Shown: positions 9,587 to 19,876, numbered from the stretch's first letter. The stretch is 64,000 nucleotides of DNA from Myxococcales bacterium (GCA_045863395.1 BTVJ01000002.1:96001-160000), one strand, 5' to 3'. Numbers and translations are program-made. Notes: generated by a model not told the origin, from the sequence alone.

Positions 9587-10333
9587 ATGTCCACCGAGAC
9601 CCCCGCTGTGTCCGAGACCCCCGAGTCCCTCGCCGCCCTCGCCGCGGCGTGGGAGAAGCGCTCCCCGCCCGTCATCGTCGCCGAGGCGTTGGCACGGTTC
9701 GGCGGAGACTGCGCCATCTCCTTCAGCGGCGCCGAGGACGTGGCCCTCGTCCACATGGCCGCGGAGTCCGGTCTGCCCTTCCGCGTGTTCACGCTGGACA
9801 CGGGGCGCCTGCACCCCGAGACCTACCGCCTGTTCGAGGCGGTGCGCGACCGGTACGGGGTCGCCATCGAGGTGTTCACGCCCGACGCCGCGGCGCTCCA
9901 GGCCCTCGTGAGCGCAAAGGGCCTCTTCTCCTTCTACCGCGACGGGCACTCCGAGTGCTGCGGCGTCCGCAAGGTGGAGCCGCTGCGCAGGGCCCTGTCC
10001 CAGCTCCGCGCCTGGATCACGGGGCAGCGCCGCGACCAGTCTCCCACGCGCACCGATGTGCCCATCGCGCAGCTCGACGGCTTCCTGGGCAAGGCCGGCC
10101 CCGTCGTCAAGGTGAACCCGCTCGCCGCCTGGAGCTCCCACAAGGTGTGGGGCTACATCAGGACCAACGAGGTGCCCTACAACGCGCTCCACGAGCGCGG
10201 CTATGTCAGCATCGGGTGCGAGCCCTGCACGCGCCCCGTCCTGCCGAACCAGCACGAGCGCGAGGGGCGCTGGTGGTGGGAGGAGGCGACCCACAAGGAG
10301 TGCGGGCTGCACCTGGGAGACAAGCCGGAGTGA
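9587..10333 (+). CDS. cysH: Adenylylsulfate (APS/PAPS) reductase, [4Fe-4S] type
   Basis: [42 protein letters not shown]. Confidence 0.93.
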   Translation: MSTETPAVSETPESLAALAAAWEKRSPPVIVAEALARFGGDCAISFSGAEDVALVHMAAESGLPFRVFTLDTGRLHPETYRLFEAVRDRYGVAIEVFTPDAAALQALVSAKGLFSFYRDGHSECCGVRKVEPLRRALSQLRAWITGQRRDQSPTRTDVPIAQLDGFLGKAGPVVKVNPLAAWSSHKVWGYIRTNEVPYNALHERGYVSIGCEPCTRPVLPNQHEREGRWWWEEATHKECGLHLGDKPE

Positions 10334-11094
10334 GAGTCACCACCTGGAACGTCAACGGCCTGCGGGCCGCACACCGCAAAGGCTTCCTGGAGTTTGTCGG
10401 CCGCATCGCGCCCGACGTGCTGCTGCTCCAGGAGATTCGCTGCACCCCCGACCAGCTCGACCCGGAGGTCCGCGAGCCGCCCGGCTGGCACGTGCGCTGG
10501 CACCCCGCCGAGAAGCCCGGCTACTCCGGCGTCGCGGTCTGGTCGCGCCACCCGATGGAGGTCGTCGGCACCGGCATGGACGACGCCGACCCCGAGGGCC
10601 GCATCCTCCGGGTGCGGGTGCAGGGCGTTCAGCTCGCCAGCGTCTATCTGCCGTCGGGGTCCAGCTCCCCCGAGCGGCAGGAGGCCAAAGAGGCGTGGAT
10701 GGCGCGCTTCCGGGCCTTCGCCGACTCTCTCCGAGGCAACGACGAGCCCCTGCTCCTTGGCGGCGACCTCAACATCGCCCACACGGAGCAGGACATCCAC
10801 AACGCGAAGAGCAACGCCAAGACCTCGGGCTTCCTGCCCCATGAGCGGGCCTGGTTCGGCGACCTGCTGGGCAGCGGGTGGCGGGATCTCTTCCGGGAGC
10901 ACGTCGGCCCGCAGCAGGGGCCCTACTCGTGGTGGTCCAACCGCGGTCGGGCCCGCGAGCTGGACCGGGGGTGGCGCATCGACTACGTGCTCGGCAACGG
11001 CCCCGCCGCCGCGCGCCTTCGGTCGGCCCACGTTCTGCGCGACGGCGGCCTCCAGGTCAGTGACCACGCGCCAGTGACGGTGGAGCTGGGCTGA
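10330..11094 (+). CDS. xth: Exodeoxyribonuclease III / AP endonuclease
   Basis: [48 protein letters not shown] overlap with cysH. Confidence 0.93.
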   Translation: MRVTTWNVNGLRAAHRKGFLEFVGRIAPDVLLLQEIRCTPDQLDPEVREPPGWHVRWHPAEKPGYSGVAVWSRHPMEVVGTGMDDADPEGRILRVRVQGVQLASVYLPSGSSSPERQEAKEAWMARFRAFADSLRGNDEPLLLGGDLNIAHTEQDIHNAKSNAKTSGFLPHERAWFGDLLGSGWRDLFREHVGPQQGPYSWWSNRGRARELDRGWRIDYVLGNGPAAARLRSAHVLRDGGLQVSDHAPVTVELG

Positions 11095-11112
11095 CCCGCA
11101 GCTCGGAGCCCG

Positions 11113-12756
11113 TCAGCGGCTCCGCACCACGACGCCGACGGCGGTCTCCGCAAGGTGCAGGTCGGGGTTGAGGCGCACGGCGGCGTTGAGGGCCCACTCC
11201 CCCTCGAAGAGGATGACAGGGCGTCCCCGCACGTCCTCCACGACCGTGCCGTATTGGACCTTGTTGAGCGAGACGATCTCGACGGGCTCTCCATCCTTGC
11301 GGCTGACCCAGCGGGCGACTCGCCCTCCCAGGGGCTCCATGCGGGCCGCTGCGCCATATTCATCTTCCAGGCGGTACTTGACGACCTCGATCTGGAGCGG
11401 CCCGACCGCCCCGAGGATCACGTCCCCGGCCCGCCCCGCCGGCGGCCTGTAGAGCTGGATGGTGCCCTCCCGCGCGAGCTGCTCCAGCCCGGTGGAGAGC
11501 TGCTTCCGCTTCAGCGGGTCGCTGCTGACGAGGCGCGTGAAGTGCTCCGGGGCGAAGCTCGGGATCCCCTCGTACTGGAGCGTCGATCCGCCGGTGATCG
11601 TGTCGCCGATCTCGAAGAGCCCCGGGTCGAAGACCCCGATGACGTCACCCGCGAAGGCCTCGTCCACGGTGCTCCGCTCCGCCGCCAGGAAGGTCGTGGG
11701 GTTGGCGAGGCGCAGCTCCTTGCCGCTCCGCACGTGAAAGACCTTCATGCCCTTGGTGTAGACCCCGGAGCAGATGCGCACGAAGGCGACCCGGTCCCGG
11801 TGGGCGCGGTTCATGTTTGCCTGGATCTTGAACACGAACGAGGTGAGCTCCTCCTGGTCCGCCGGCACGTACCCCACGTCTGCGTCGCGGCCGGGCGGCG
11901 GCGGCATCAGGTCCCCGAAGGACGCGAGGAAGGCCTCCAGGCCGAAGTTGTTGATGGCGCTCCCGAAGAACAGCGGCGACAGCTCCCCACGCAGGAAGCG
12001 CTCCGCGTCGAATCCGTCTCCGGCTGCGTCCAGCAGCTCCAGCTCCTCGTGCAGCCGCGCGACGCCGGCCTCTCCGAGCTCCGCGAGCAGCGTCGGGTCG
12101 TCGAGGCCGCTCACCGAGACGGGCTCTGCCTCCACGGCGCCCGCCTGAGCGCTGGACTTCGCAAGCGTCTCGTCGAACAGGTAGACCTGCTTCGCAAGGC
12201 GGTGGTAGACGCCGCGGAAGGTCCCGCCCCGAAAGATCGGCCACGTGATGGGGTAGACCCCGATCTCCAGGACGCTCTCCACCTCGCCCACGAGGTCGAA
12301 CGGGTCGCGGCCCGGGCGGTCCATCTTGTTGACGAACGTGAAGATGGGGATCGACCGCTGCTTGCACACCCGGAACAGCTTGCGGGTCTGCGACTCGACG
12401 CCCTTTGCGGAGTCGAGGAGCATCACCGCGCCGTCCACGGCGTGCAGCGTGCGGTAGGTGTCCTCGCTGAAGTCCGCGTGGCCCGGCGTGTCCAGCAGGT
12501 TCATCTGGAGCCCCTTGTAGGGGAACTGCAGCACGCTGGTCGTGATGGAGATGCCGCGCTCGCGCTCCATCTCCATCCAGTCGCTGACCGCGCTTGCGCG
12601 CCCCCTCTTGGCCTTCACCGCGCCGGCGAGCTGGATCACGCCCCCGTAGAGCAGCAGCTTCTCCGTCAGCGTGGTCTTGCCCGCGTCCGGGTGGGAGATG
12701 ATGGCGAAGGTGCGGCGCCTCCCGATCTCGCGGAGGAGCCTGGGTCTGTCGATCAT
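11113..12756 (-). CDS. prfC: Peptide chain release factor 3
   Basis: RRRTFAIISHPDAGKTTLTEKLLL, DTPGHADFSEDTYRTL, NKMD, FKIQANM. Confidence 0.97.
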   Translation of the reverse strand: MIDRPRLLREIGRRRTFAIISHPDAGKTTLTEKLLLYGGVIQLAGAVKAKRGRASAVSDWMEMERERGISITTSVLQFPYKGLQMNLLDTPGHADFSEDTYRTLHAVDGAVMLLDSAKGVESQTRKLFRVCKQRSIPIFTFVNKMDRPGRDPFDLVGEVESVLEIGVYPITWPIFRGGTFRGVYHRLAKQVYLFDETLAKSSAQAGAVEAEPVSVSGLDDPTLLAELGEAGVARLHEELELLDAAGDGFDAERFLRGELSPLFFGSAINNFGLEAFLASFGDLMPPPPGRDADVGYVPADQEELTSFVFKIQANMNRAHRDRVAFVRICSGVYTKGMKVFHVRSGKELRLANPTTFLAAERSTVDEAFAGDVIGVFDPGLFEIGDTITGGSTLQYEGIPSFAPEHFTRLVSSDPLKRKQLSTGLEQLAREGTIQLYRPPAGRAGDVILGAVGPLQIEVVKYRLEDEYGAAARMEPLGGRVARWVSRKDGEPVEIVSLNKVQYGTVVEDVRGRPVILFEGEWALNAAVRLNPDLHLAETAVGVVVRSR

Positions 12757-12824
12757 GGCACAGCTCCCGGGGCGCGCTGCCCCGCAAAGGGTGGTCAGTT
12801 CGAGGCAGGAGTGTCCGCCCGGCG

Positions 12825-13943
12825 TCAGGCCTCGGCGAGGCGCTTCATGTCGCTCACGACGTCAGCGACGGCGGCGAGCAGCGCCCGCATGTCGGAGGGG
12901 AACAGTCGCCCGATGTTTCCGATGCGGAAGGCGTCGGCCTGGCTCAGCTTCCCCGGGTAGATCACGAACCCCCGCTCGTTGAGCCGGTCGTAGAAGGCCG
13001 GGAAGTCGAACCACCCGCCCGGATACCGGAACGACGTGATGATCGGCGCCATGAGCTCGGGCCGCAGGGTCGGCTCGAAGCCGAGCGCCACCATGCCCTC
13101 AAGGATCACGGCGTGGTTGGCTGCGTAGCGCGCGTGGCGCCCCTCGACGCCGCCCTCGTCCCGCAGCTCCCGCAGCGCCTGGTGGAAGGCGATCAGCGTG
13201 TGGGTGGGCGGCGTGAAGCGGAACTGGCCGTTGCCTTCGAGCCCCCGCCACTGGTCGAGCAGGTCCAGCGACAGGGTGCGCCCCGCCGTCGCCGCGAGGA
13301 GCGCCTCCCTCCGCGCGATGACGAAAGAGAAGCCAGGGACGCCCTCGATGCACTTGTTGGCCGAGGAGACGAGGAAGTCGATGCCCAGCGACCCCACATC
13401 GATCGGGATGGCCCCGAACGCGCTCATGGAGTCCACGATGGTCGCGCGCCCCCGCTCCCGTGCGACGCGGCACACGCCGGCCACCGGGTTGAGGATGCCC
13501 GTGGTCGTCTCGCAGTGCACGACCGCGACGTGGGTGAGGCCCGGGTCCGCGTCGAGCGCCGTAGCGACGTCGGCCACATCCGGCGCCTGATCCTCCGCGG
13601 ACTCGACCGTGGTCACCCCGATGCCGTGGATCCGCGCCATCTGCGCGATGCGGCGCCCGTAGGCCCCGTTGACGAGCACGAGCAGGCGCCCCCCGCGAGG
13701 CACCGCCGACGAGATCACCGACTCCACCCCGAAGGTGCCGCTGCCCTGCATCAGGACCGTCTCGTAGCCGGCCTCCTGCGACACGCCCCCGAGGCGCAGC
13801 AGCTCGGCGCGGATCTCCCGCACCATGGCGACCAGCTCGTGGTCGCGGGAGCCCAGGTCCCGCAGCATGGCCTGCTTGACCGTGCGGCTCGTGGTGAGCG
13901 GCCCTGGGGTGAACAGCGGCTTGTCGTTGGCGGTGGGGATCAT
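12825..13943 (-). CDS. phnW: 2-aminoethylphosphonate-pyruvate transaminase
   Basis: LFTPGPLTTS, MQGSGTF, VHCETTTGILNP, SSANKCIEGVPG, QFRFTPPTH, IYPGK. Confidence 0.95.
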   Translation of the reverse strand: MIPTANDKPLFTPGPLTTSRTVKQAMLRDLGSRDHELVAMVREIRAELLRLGGVSQEAGYETVLMQGSGTFGVESVISSAVPRGGRLLVLVNGAYGRRIAQMARIHGIGVTTVESAEDQAPDVADVATALDADPGLTHVAVVHCETTTGILNPVAGVCRVARERGRATIVDSMSAFGAIPIDVGSLGIDFLVSSANKCIEGVPGFSFVIARREALLAATAGRTLSLDLLDQWRGLEGNGQFRFTPPTHTLIAFHQALRELRDEGGVEGRHARYAANHAVILEGMVALGFEPTLRPELMAPIITSFRYPGGWFDFPAFYDRLNERGFVIYPGKLSQADAFRIGNIGRLFPSDMRALLAAVADVVSDMKRLAEA

Positions 13944-13964
13944 GAGACTCTTGCCTCTGGGTTC

Positions 13965-14789
13965 CTAAGGGCGCTCCCCGCGGCTCAGGCGCCCCTCGAT
14001 GGTGCCGACGGCGTCCGCGAGGTCCGCCGCGGTGTCGATGACCAGGTGCGCGCCGGCGCGCGCCAGCTCCTGGTACGCGATTCGCACGCGCTCCGCAAGC
14101 TCGTCGTGCCCGAGGGCGGCCATCTCCGCCAGCGACAGCCCCACGCTGCTGCTGGTGCGGGCGACGCCGACGGCCCAGCAGCCGGCGTTGAGCCCCTCCT
14201 CGATGCCGACCGGCGTGTCGTCCACCTTGACGATGGACGCCATGGGCCACACGTCCAGTTGCCGCGCGTTCTCGTGGATCATCCACGGCGCGGGCCGCCC
14301 AGCGGGCACGTGGTCCACCGTCACGACCGCATCCGGCGCGTAGCCTGCCGCCCGGGCCGCGGGCACCACGCGCGCCATGATCGCGTCCCCGTACCCGGTG
14401 CATGACCCGATGCGCACCCCGCGCCCCCGCAGCGCGGCGACGGCCTCGATGACGCCGGGGATCGGCTCGGCGAACCCTGGAACCGCCGCGACGGCCTCCG
14501 GATCGAAGGCGGCGTAGAGCAGCTCCACGTCCTCGTCGGTGGCCGGGCGCCCGTGGGTCTCGCGCCAGGCGGACGCCACGCGGGGCATGGACAGCATCGC
14601 CCGGATGTGGTCCCGCTTGCCGAGGCCCATGGGGGCCCGCGCCTCCTGGATCGTGACGCGCACGCCGCAGCGGCGGAAGGCTCCGACGAACGTGCCCGCC
14701 GCGGCCCGGCTCCCGCAGTCGACCGCCGTGCCTGCCCAGTCCAGGATCACCGCCCGCACCCGCCCACGCGCCCGCCGCCCGTTGTTCAT
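13965..14789 (-). CDS. phnX: Phosphonoacetaldehyde hydrolase
   Basis: ILDWAGTAVDCGS, PMGLGKRDHIR (Schiff-base Lys), GRPAPWM, VKVDDT, EGLNAG. Confidence 0.95.
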   Translation of the reverse strand: MNNGRRARGRVRAVILDWAGTAVDCGSRAAAGTFVGAFRRCGVRVTIQEARAPMGLGKRDHIRAMLSMPRVASAWRETHGRPATDEDVELLYAAFDPEAVAAVPGFAEPIPGVIEAVAALRGRGVRIGSCTGYGDAIMARVVPAARAAGYAPDAVVTVDHVPAGRPAPWMIHENARQLDVWPMASIVKVDDTPVGIEEGLNAGCWAVGVARTSSSVGLSLAEMAALGHDELAERVRIAYQELARAGAHLVIDTAADLADAVGTIEGRLSRGERP

Positions 14790-14850
14790 TGCTCTCCTCG
14801 CTCTCCCCTCTACGAGCATAGACAGGGCAGGAGCCGGCGGGAGGCTGCAA

Positions 14851-16497
14851 CTACTCCGGGTAGGTCAGGGTCTCCGTGTGCGCGATGGCCCCGGTTGCGT
14901 CCACGAACTCGACGGTCAGCGTCGGCACGGCGGGGAAGGGGTCGAGGTGGAGCCGCACGGTGTTGTTGACCCCGTCCAGCCACAGGAACTGGTCCTTGTA
15001 GAGCCCCTGGCCGATGACCAGCCACATGGGGTTCTGGAGCTTGGCCCCGGGCCCCGCGAGGATCTCCCACACGGACCCATACTTCGTGCCCGGCGGCTCG
15101 ATGCCGTTGACGGACGCGAAGTGGAAGTCGCCCGCAATCCACACGAGCCCGGGCACGTGGCCGATGGCGTCCAGCACGGCGTCCCGCTGGGCGTCGTAGC
15201 CCTCCCACCGGTCGTCGTTCCCGAGGTAGATGGGCGGCATGTTGGTGATGGGCACCGAGTTGGCGACCACCTTGAACACCGCGTCCGACGTCTGCACCCC
15301 CTCGATGAGCCACGCGAGCTGCTCCGGCGAGATGTACTGCGCGGCAGCGGTGTCCTTGGTGGAGGGCAGGCGCTCCGAGCGGCAGTCGAGCACGAACAGC
15401 TCCAGGGTCGCCCCCCACCGGAGGCTCCGCCAGATGCGCCCGGGGGCCTCCTCCGGGTGGCGCATCGGGGCGTGCTCGAAGAAGGCCTGGGTGGCAGCGG
15501 CCAGGTGGGCCGGGTCCACCGTCTCAGGGTCCCAGTTGTTGAACACCTCGTGGTCGTCCCAGGTGTAGACGTGGCTCGTCGCCCCGTGGAGCGCGCGGTA
15601 GGCTGACGTCACGTAGCTCTCCGTCCAGAAGTCGCGGTACTCCTCCAGGGTCCGGGCGCCGTCGGCGTAGACCGTGTCGCCGAGCCACACGAACAGGTCC
15701 AGTGGGTGGTCGGCGGCGGCGGCGATGGCGCCGAGGGGGGCCTGCGACACGTCGACGCAGGACGTGGCGCCGATGGTGACCTCCACCAGCTCGTCGGGCG
15801 CCGGCGCAGTGCCGAAGCGACCCACCGGGGAGCGGCGCGCGTCCGGGGACGTGGCGTCATGATCGTTGGTGAACAGATAGCGCACCGGCGTGCCCGCGGG
15901 GAGGCCCGCCACCTCCACGACGGCGAACCCATCCACCTTCTGCGCCACGCCGCTCGCGAGCACCTCACCGGGCTCGTCGTCAGCCCCATCCGTGAGCACC
16001 AGCCATCGGAGAGGCCCCCAGCCGTCGTGGCGGGTCCAGATCAGCGCGCCGTCCGAGGCCGGGTCGGCAGCCTGCACGCCCAGCGGGAAGTCGGCCTGGG
16101 CGAGCGGGATCAGGGCCGGGGTGACCGTCACCTTCACGTCCGAGGAGGTGTCGCCGTCGTTGGAGTCGGCGCCTCCGTCAGCGGGGGCGACGTCCACCGA
16201 GGCTGTCGTGTCCTCGGCGTCCACGGTCGCGCCGTCGAACGGAGCGTCAGCCTCGTGGGTGTCCGGGGTGTTCGCGCTGTCAGCCTCCCCGTCCGCCGCG
16301 CCTGCTCCGTCTCCGTCGGCCGTCTCCGCGTCGTCCGCGCCGACGGTCGGCCCCCCGTCGACCAGGGGAACCTCCCCGTCCCCCGCCCCGTCGGCGATGG
16401 CACCAACGTCAATCCCCGCGTCCGCCGGAACCTGGTCATCCTCGGAGCAGGCCGCCAGCGTCAGGATGACGAGAGCGGCGATGGTGCGGTGCGTCAT
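14851..16497 (-). CDS. phoD: PhoD-family alkaline phosphatase/phosphodiesterase lipoprotein
   Basis: Lipobox LAAC, acidic linker, WLGDTVYAD, TWDDHEV, LDCRSER, DRWEGY, GDFH. Confidence 0.85.
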   Translation of the reverse strand: MTHRTIAALVILTLAACSEDDQVPADAGIDVGAIADGAGDGEVPLVDGGPTVGADDAETADGDGAGAADGEADSANTPDTHEADAPFDGATVDAEDTTASVDVAPADGGADSNDGDTSSDVKVTVTPALIPLAQADFPLGVQAADPASDGALIWTRHDGWGPLRWLVLTDGADDEPGEVLASGVAQKVDGFAVVEVAGLPAGTPVRYLFTNDHDATSPDARRSPVGRFGTAPAPDELVEVTIGATSCVDVSQAPLGAIAAAADHPLDLFVWLGDTVYADGARTLEEYRDFWTESYVTSAYRALHGATSHVYTWDDHEVFNNWDPETVDPAHLAAATQAFFEHAPMRHPEEAPGRIWRSLRWGATLELFVLDCRSERLPSTKDTAAAQYISPEQLAWLIEGVQTSDAVFKVVANSVPITNMPPIYLGNDDRWEGYDAQRDAVLDAIGHVPGLVWIAGDFHFASVNGIEPPGTKYGSVWEILAGPGAKLQNPMWLVIGQGLYKDQFLWLDGVNNTVRLHLDPFPAVPTLTVEFVDATGAIAHTETLTYPE

Positions 16498-16542
16498 GGC
16501 GGGACCTCCGTGGCACACCGATGCCACAGGGGGTCCGACGGA

Positions 16543-16938
16543 TCAAGCGCTCTGGGCCTGCCGGTGGTGGCAGAGGGCGGATCCCACGTAGCCGCGCAGG
16601 TCGTCCGAGGTGAAGGGCTTGTCGATGAGCCGACCCTGGCGCCCGGAGAGAAACGTTCGCGCTCGTGCGGTGAAGGCTCCGCCGGTCAGGAAGACCACGC
16701 GGTCCACCATGGCCGGCCACTCGGCCTCGATGGCCTCGAAGAGGTCCATGCCCGTCATGCCCGGCATCATCAGATCACAGAGGATGAGGTCGAAGGACTG
16801 GCCCGTGCGCAGGACCGAGAGGGCCTCCCCTCCGCTGCTGCTCACGGTCACGTCGTGGTCTCCGCTCAGGGACCGAGCCACGACCCGCCCGATGAACGGC
16901 TCGTCGTCGATGACCAGGATTCGTGCTCTCTCACCCAT
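16543..16938 (-). CDS. Single-domain response regulator (receiver)
   Basis: ILVIDDE, DLILCDLMMPGMTG, FLTGG, KPF. Confidence 0.9.
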   Translation of the reverse strand: MGERARILVIDDEPFIGRVVARSLSGDHDVTVSSSGGEALSVLRTGQSFDLILCDLMMPGMTGMDLFEAIEAEWPAMVDRVVFLTGGAFTARARTFLSGRQGRLIDKPFTSDDLRGYVGSALCHHRQAQSA

Positions 16939-17130
16939 GGCGTGGCCTCCGTCGTTGCGTCAAGCGAATCGGCCGCTCGCTCGTAGACCTTTACCGGGAC
17001 TTCGCGTCGGTTGCGCTTCGCGTCCCGGTGACCGTGCTGCCTGTGAAGGGGCGTGAGGTCCTCCGACCGCGCTCCGGGCCAAGCTCCCGGAGCTCGCCCG
17101 CCGTCGCCGCGTCGATCCCTGTTGCGAAAG

Positions 17131-17146
17131 TGGAACATCTGTGCCA
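17131..17146. promoter_or_regulatory. Imperfect palindrome TGGAACA-TC-TGTGCCA, candidate TetR operator
   Basis: One mismatch from perfect dyad symmetry; about 30 nt upstream of an operon that ends in a tetR-family gene. Confidence 0.4.
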
Positions 17147-17174
17147 GAAATGGGCCCTCACAGGAGGGCGAGAC

Positions 17175-18395
17175 ATGACGACCGTAGTGGTGTTGGGCGG
17201 GGCGGGGGGCATCGGCAGCGTGGCCGTGCGCGCATTGACCACGGCCAAGGTGTTCGACGACATCGTGGTGGCGGACGCGCGCCTCGAGGCTGCCGCCGCG
17301 GTGGTGGCGGCGGTCGGTGACCCGAGGCTGCGGGCGCGCGCCTTCGACGCGGCGGACGCGCGGAGCCTCCGGGTGGCCATCGATCGCGCCGACGTGGTGC
17401 TCAACTGCGTGGGGCCCTTCTACCGCTTCGGGCCGCCCATCCTGCAGGCGGCCATCGAGGCGGGGACTCACTATGTAGATGTGTGCGACGACCTCGCCCC
17501 GACGCGGGTCATGCTGGCCATGGACGAGCAGGCGCGGGCCCGGGGCGTCAAGGCGCTGCTCGGCATGGGCAACTCGCCGGGGCTGGCCAACGTCTTCGTG
17601 CGCCTGTGCGCGGACACGCTGCTCGACGCGGTGGACCAGGTGGACATCATGCACATCCACGGCGGCGAGCCCACGGAGGGGCCCGCCGTGGTCAAGCACC
17701 GCATCCTCGCGATGACCGACCCGGTGCCGCTCTTCGTGGATGGGCAGTTCATCCAGGTGCAGCAGCTCGGGCGGGACGGCGAGCAGCAGACCATCGACAC
17801 GGACTTCCACCGGGTCGGGACCTACCCCGTCTTCCCGTACCCGCACCCGGAGACCATCACGCTGCCCATGCACATCCCGGGGCTCCGGGGCGCGACCAAC
17901 CGGGGCGTGATCTTCCCCCTGTCGTACTTCAAGCTGACCCAGGACATGGTGCGGGTGGGGCTCACGGGGACCGAGCCCCTGGACGTGGACGGTCACGACG
18001 TGGTCCCGCTGGACGTCGCGGTCGCCCACATCCTGTCACAGAGGCCGCGCCTGCTCGCCGAGGCCGGCGTGACCGGGCCCGCCGGGTGCCTCAAGGTGGT
18101 GGTCAACGGGAGCCGCCACGGCGAGCCCCGGTCCCTCATCTTCCAGCTCTCGTCGACCACCGTCGGGGCAGGGGAGGGGACCGGCATCCCCGCGGCGGCC
18201 GGGGCGGTGCTGATGGCGCGTGGCGGCGTCAAGCAGGCGGGCGTGCTGCCCCCGGAGGCCGCGGTCGCCCCGCTCGAGCTGCTGATGGAGGCCTTCCGCA
18301 TGGTCAAGGCCATGGGCAAGGGCGGAGAGGACTCCATTCGCATCCAGCAGGTGGACGCCGCGGGGCGCGTCACCGACGTGCCGCTTCCCTTCTGA
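17175..18395 (+). CDS. Saccharopine dehydrogenase-like NAD(P)-dependent oxidoreductase
   Basis: VLGGAGGIG, VLNCVGPFYRFG, HYVDVCDD, GMGNSPGL, HPETITL, GVLPPE. Confidence 0.85.
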   Translation: MTTVVVLGGAGGIGSVAVRALTTAKVFDDIVVADARLEAAAAVVAAVGDPRLRARAFDAADARSLRVAIDRADVVLNCVGPFYRFGPPILQAAIEAGTHYVDVCDDLAPTRVMLAMDEQARARGVKALLGMGNSPGLANVFVRLCADTLLDAVDQVDIMHIHGGEPTEGPAVVKHRILAMTDPVPLFVDGQFIQVQQLGRDGEQQTIDTDFHRVGTYPVFPYPHPETITLPMHIPGLRGATNRGVIFPLSYFKLTQDMVRVGLTGTEPLDVDGHDVVPLDVAVAHILSQRPRLLAEAGVTGPAGCLKVVVNGSRHGEPRSLIFQLSSTTVGAGEGTGIPAAAGAVLMARGGVKQAGVLPPEAAVAPLELLMEAFRMVKAMGKGGEDSIRIQQVDAAGRVTDVPLPF

Positions 18396-19855
18396 TGCGC
18401 CTGTTCGTCGGGCACGACCTGGGGACGAGCGGCAACAAGGCCGCCCTCGTCGATGAGTCCGGCCGGGTGCTTCGGACCCACGTCAGCTCCTTCTCTCTTC
18501 AGCACCCCGGGCCCGGGCAGGCGGAGCAGGACCCCGCCGACTGGTGGGCCGCGGTCTGCGAGGGGACGCGAGCCGTCGCCGCGGGCCACGAGGACCAGGT
18601 CGCTGCCATCACCTTCGCCGGGCAGATGCTTGCCCTGGTCGCCATGGACGGGCAGGGGGCTGCCGTCCGCCCGGCCCTGAGCTGGCTCGACCACCGGGCC
18701 GACGAGGAGGCCCGAGGGCTGACCCGACGCCTCGGGGGGGCGACGGTGGTGCGGGCCATCGCGGGCGCGACCCCGACGGGCAAGGACATCGTCGCCAAGG
18801 TGGCGTGGCTCGCACGCCACGAGCCGGAGAGCCACCAGGCAGCGGCCTTCTACGGCGACGCCACCTCGTATCTCGTCGCCTGCGCCACAGGGAGGGTCGC
18901 CCTGGACCCGACGGCCGCCGGAGGAACAGGGATGTTCCACCCCGCGAAGCGGCGCTGGTCTCCGACCCTGGCGCGCCTCGCCGGCTTCCCACTGGACCGC
19001 ATGCCGCCGGTCGTCCCTTCGACGGAGATCGCAGGGAGGCTCCACCACGCCGCGGCGGAGTCTCTGGGCCTGCGGGAGGGCACCCCCGTCGCCATGGGCA
19101 TGGCGGACATCCCGGCGGCGGCCGTCGGCAGCGGGGCCCTGCTGTGCGGCGAGGGGCACGTGTACCTGGGCACCTCCTCGTGGGTGGCCGTGACGCTGGC
19201 CGAGCCCCGTCACCTGCCGAGGGCGGGGATCATGTCCGTGCCCTCGGCGCACCCGTCACGCAGCCTGATGATCGCCGAGTCGGAGACCGCGGGCGTCTGC
19301 CGCGACTGGGTGGGCGGGCAGCTCCAGATCCGGGACCTGGACCACCTGGCCGCGCAGGCTCCCGCGGGGTGCGACGGCCTCCTGTTCTGCCCGTGGATGT
19401 TCGGCGAGCGCGCGCCGCGACCCGACACGGAGCTGCGGGGCGCCTTCGTCGGGCTGACCCTGCACCACACGAGGGCGCACCTGGCCCGCGCGGTCCTGGA
19501 GGGGGTCGCCCTCAACCTGCGCTGGATCCTGGAGGAGATCGATCGGACCGGGCTGCGGCAGCCGGGCCTCCGCGTCATAGGCGGAGGCGCACGGAGCGAC
19601 CTCTGGCTCCGCATCCTGGCCGACGTGCTCGGGGAGCCGGTGACGCGCATCGCCGAGCCGCGCTTTGCTGGAGCCTTCGGGGCGGCGGTGGTCGGCGCCG
19701 TGGCAATGGGCGCGCTCCCCGACCTTGATTCGGTTCGTGACCGCGTCCGTGTCGATCGGGTCTTCAGCCCGGAGGCCCCCGGGCGCTATGATGCCGCCGC
19801 GCGACGGCTGCGGGCTCTGGCTCCCATGCTGTCGCGGGCTGCGCGGCTGCGGTGA
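18395..19855 (+). CDS. FGGY-family carbohydrate kinase (xylulokinase-like)
   Basis: GHDLGTSGNKA, AEQDP, WLDHRA, YLGTSSW, GERAP, RAVLEGVA, IGGGARS. Confidence 0.88.
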   Translation: MRLFVGHDLGTSGNKAALVDESGRVLRTHVSSFSLQHPGPGQAEQDPADWWAAVCEGTRAVAAGHEDQVAAITFAGQMLALVAMDGQGAAVRPALSWLDHRADEEARGLTRRLGGATVVRAIAGATPTGKDIVAKVAWLARHEPESHQAAAFYGDATSYLVACATGRVALDPTAAGGTGMFHPAKRRWSPTLARLAGFPLDRMPPVVPSTEIAGRLHHAAAESLGLREGTPVAMGMADIPAAAVGSGALLCGEGHVYLGTSSWVAVTLAEPRHLPRAGIMSVPSAHPSRSLMIAESETAGVCRDWVGGQLQIRDLDHLAAQAPAGCDGLLFCPWMFGERAPRPDTELRGAFVGLTLHHTRAHLARAVLEGVALNLRWILEEIDRTGLRQPGLRVIGGGARSDLWLRILADVLGEPVTRIAEPRFAGAFGAAVVGAVAMGALPDLDSVRDRVRVDRVFSPEAPGRYDAAARRLRALAPMLSRAARLR

Positions 19856-19876
19856 ACCCGCGGGAGCTCCGAGGAC

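Noticed and set aside
9587..10333. PAPS-reductase-family gene as a DndC/SspD phosphorothioation component
   Set aside because: It has the canonical CysH C-terminus (REGRW...ECGLH) and no dnd or ssp genes are nearby.
11113..12756. Programmed frameshift in a release-factor gene
   Set aside because: This is prfC (RF3) with an uninterrupted ORF; the frameshift is a feature of prfB.
17129..17146. Sigma54 promoter on the minus strand (TGGCAC-N5-TTCC)
   Set aside because: The essential -12 GC is missing; the dyad-operator reading fits better.
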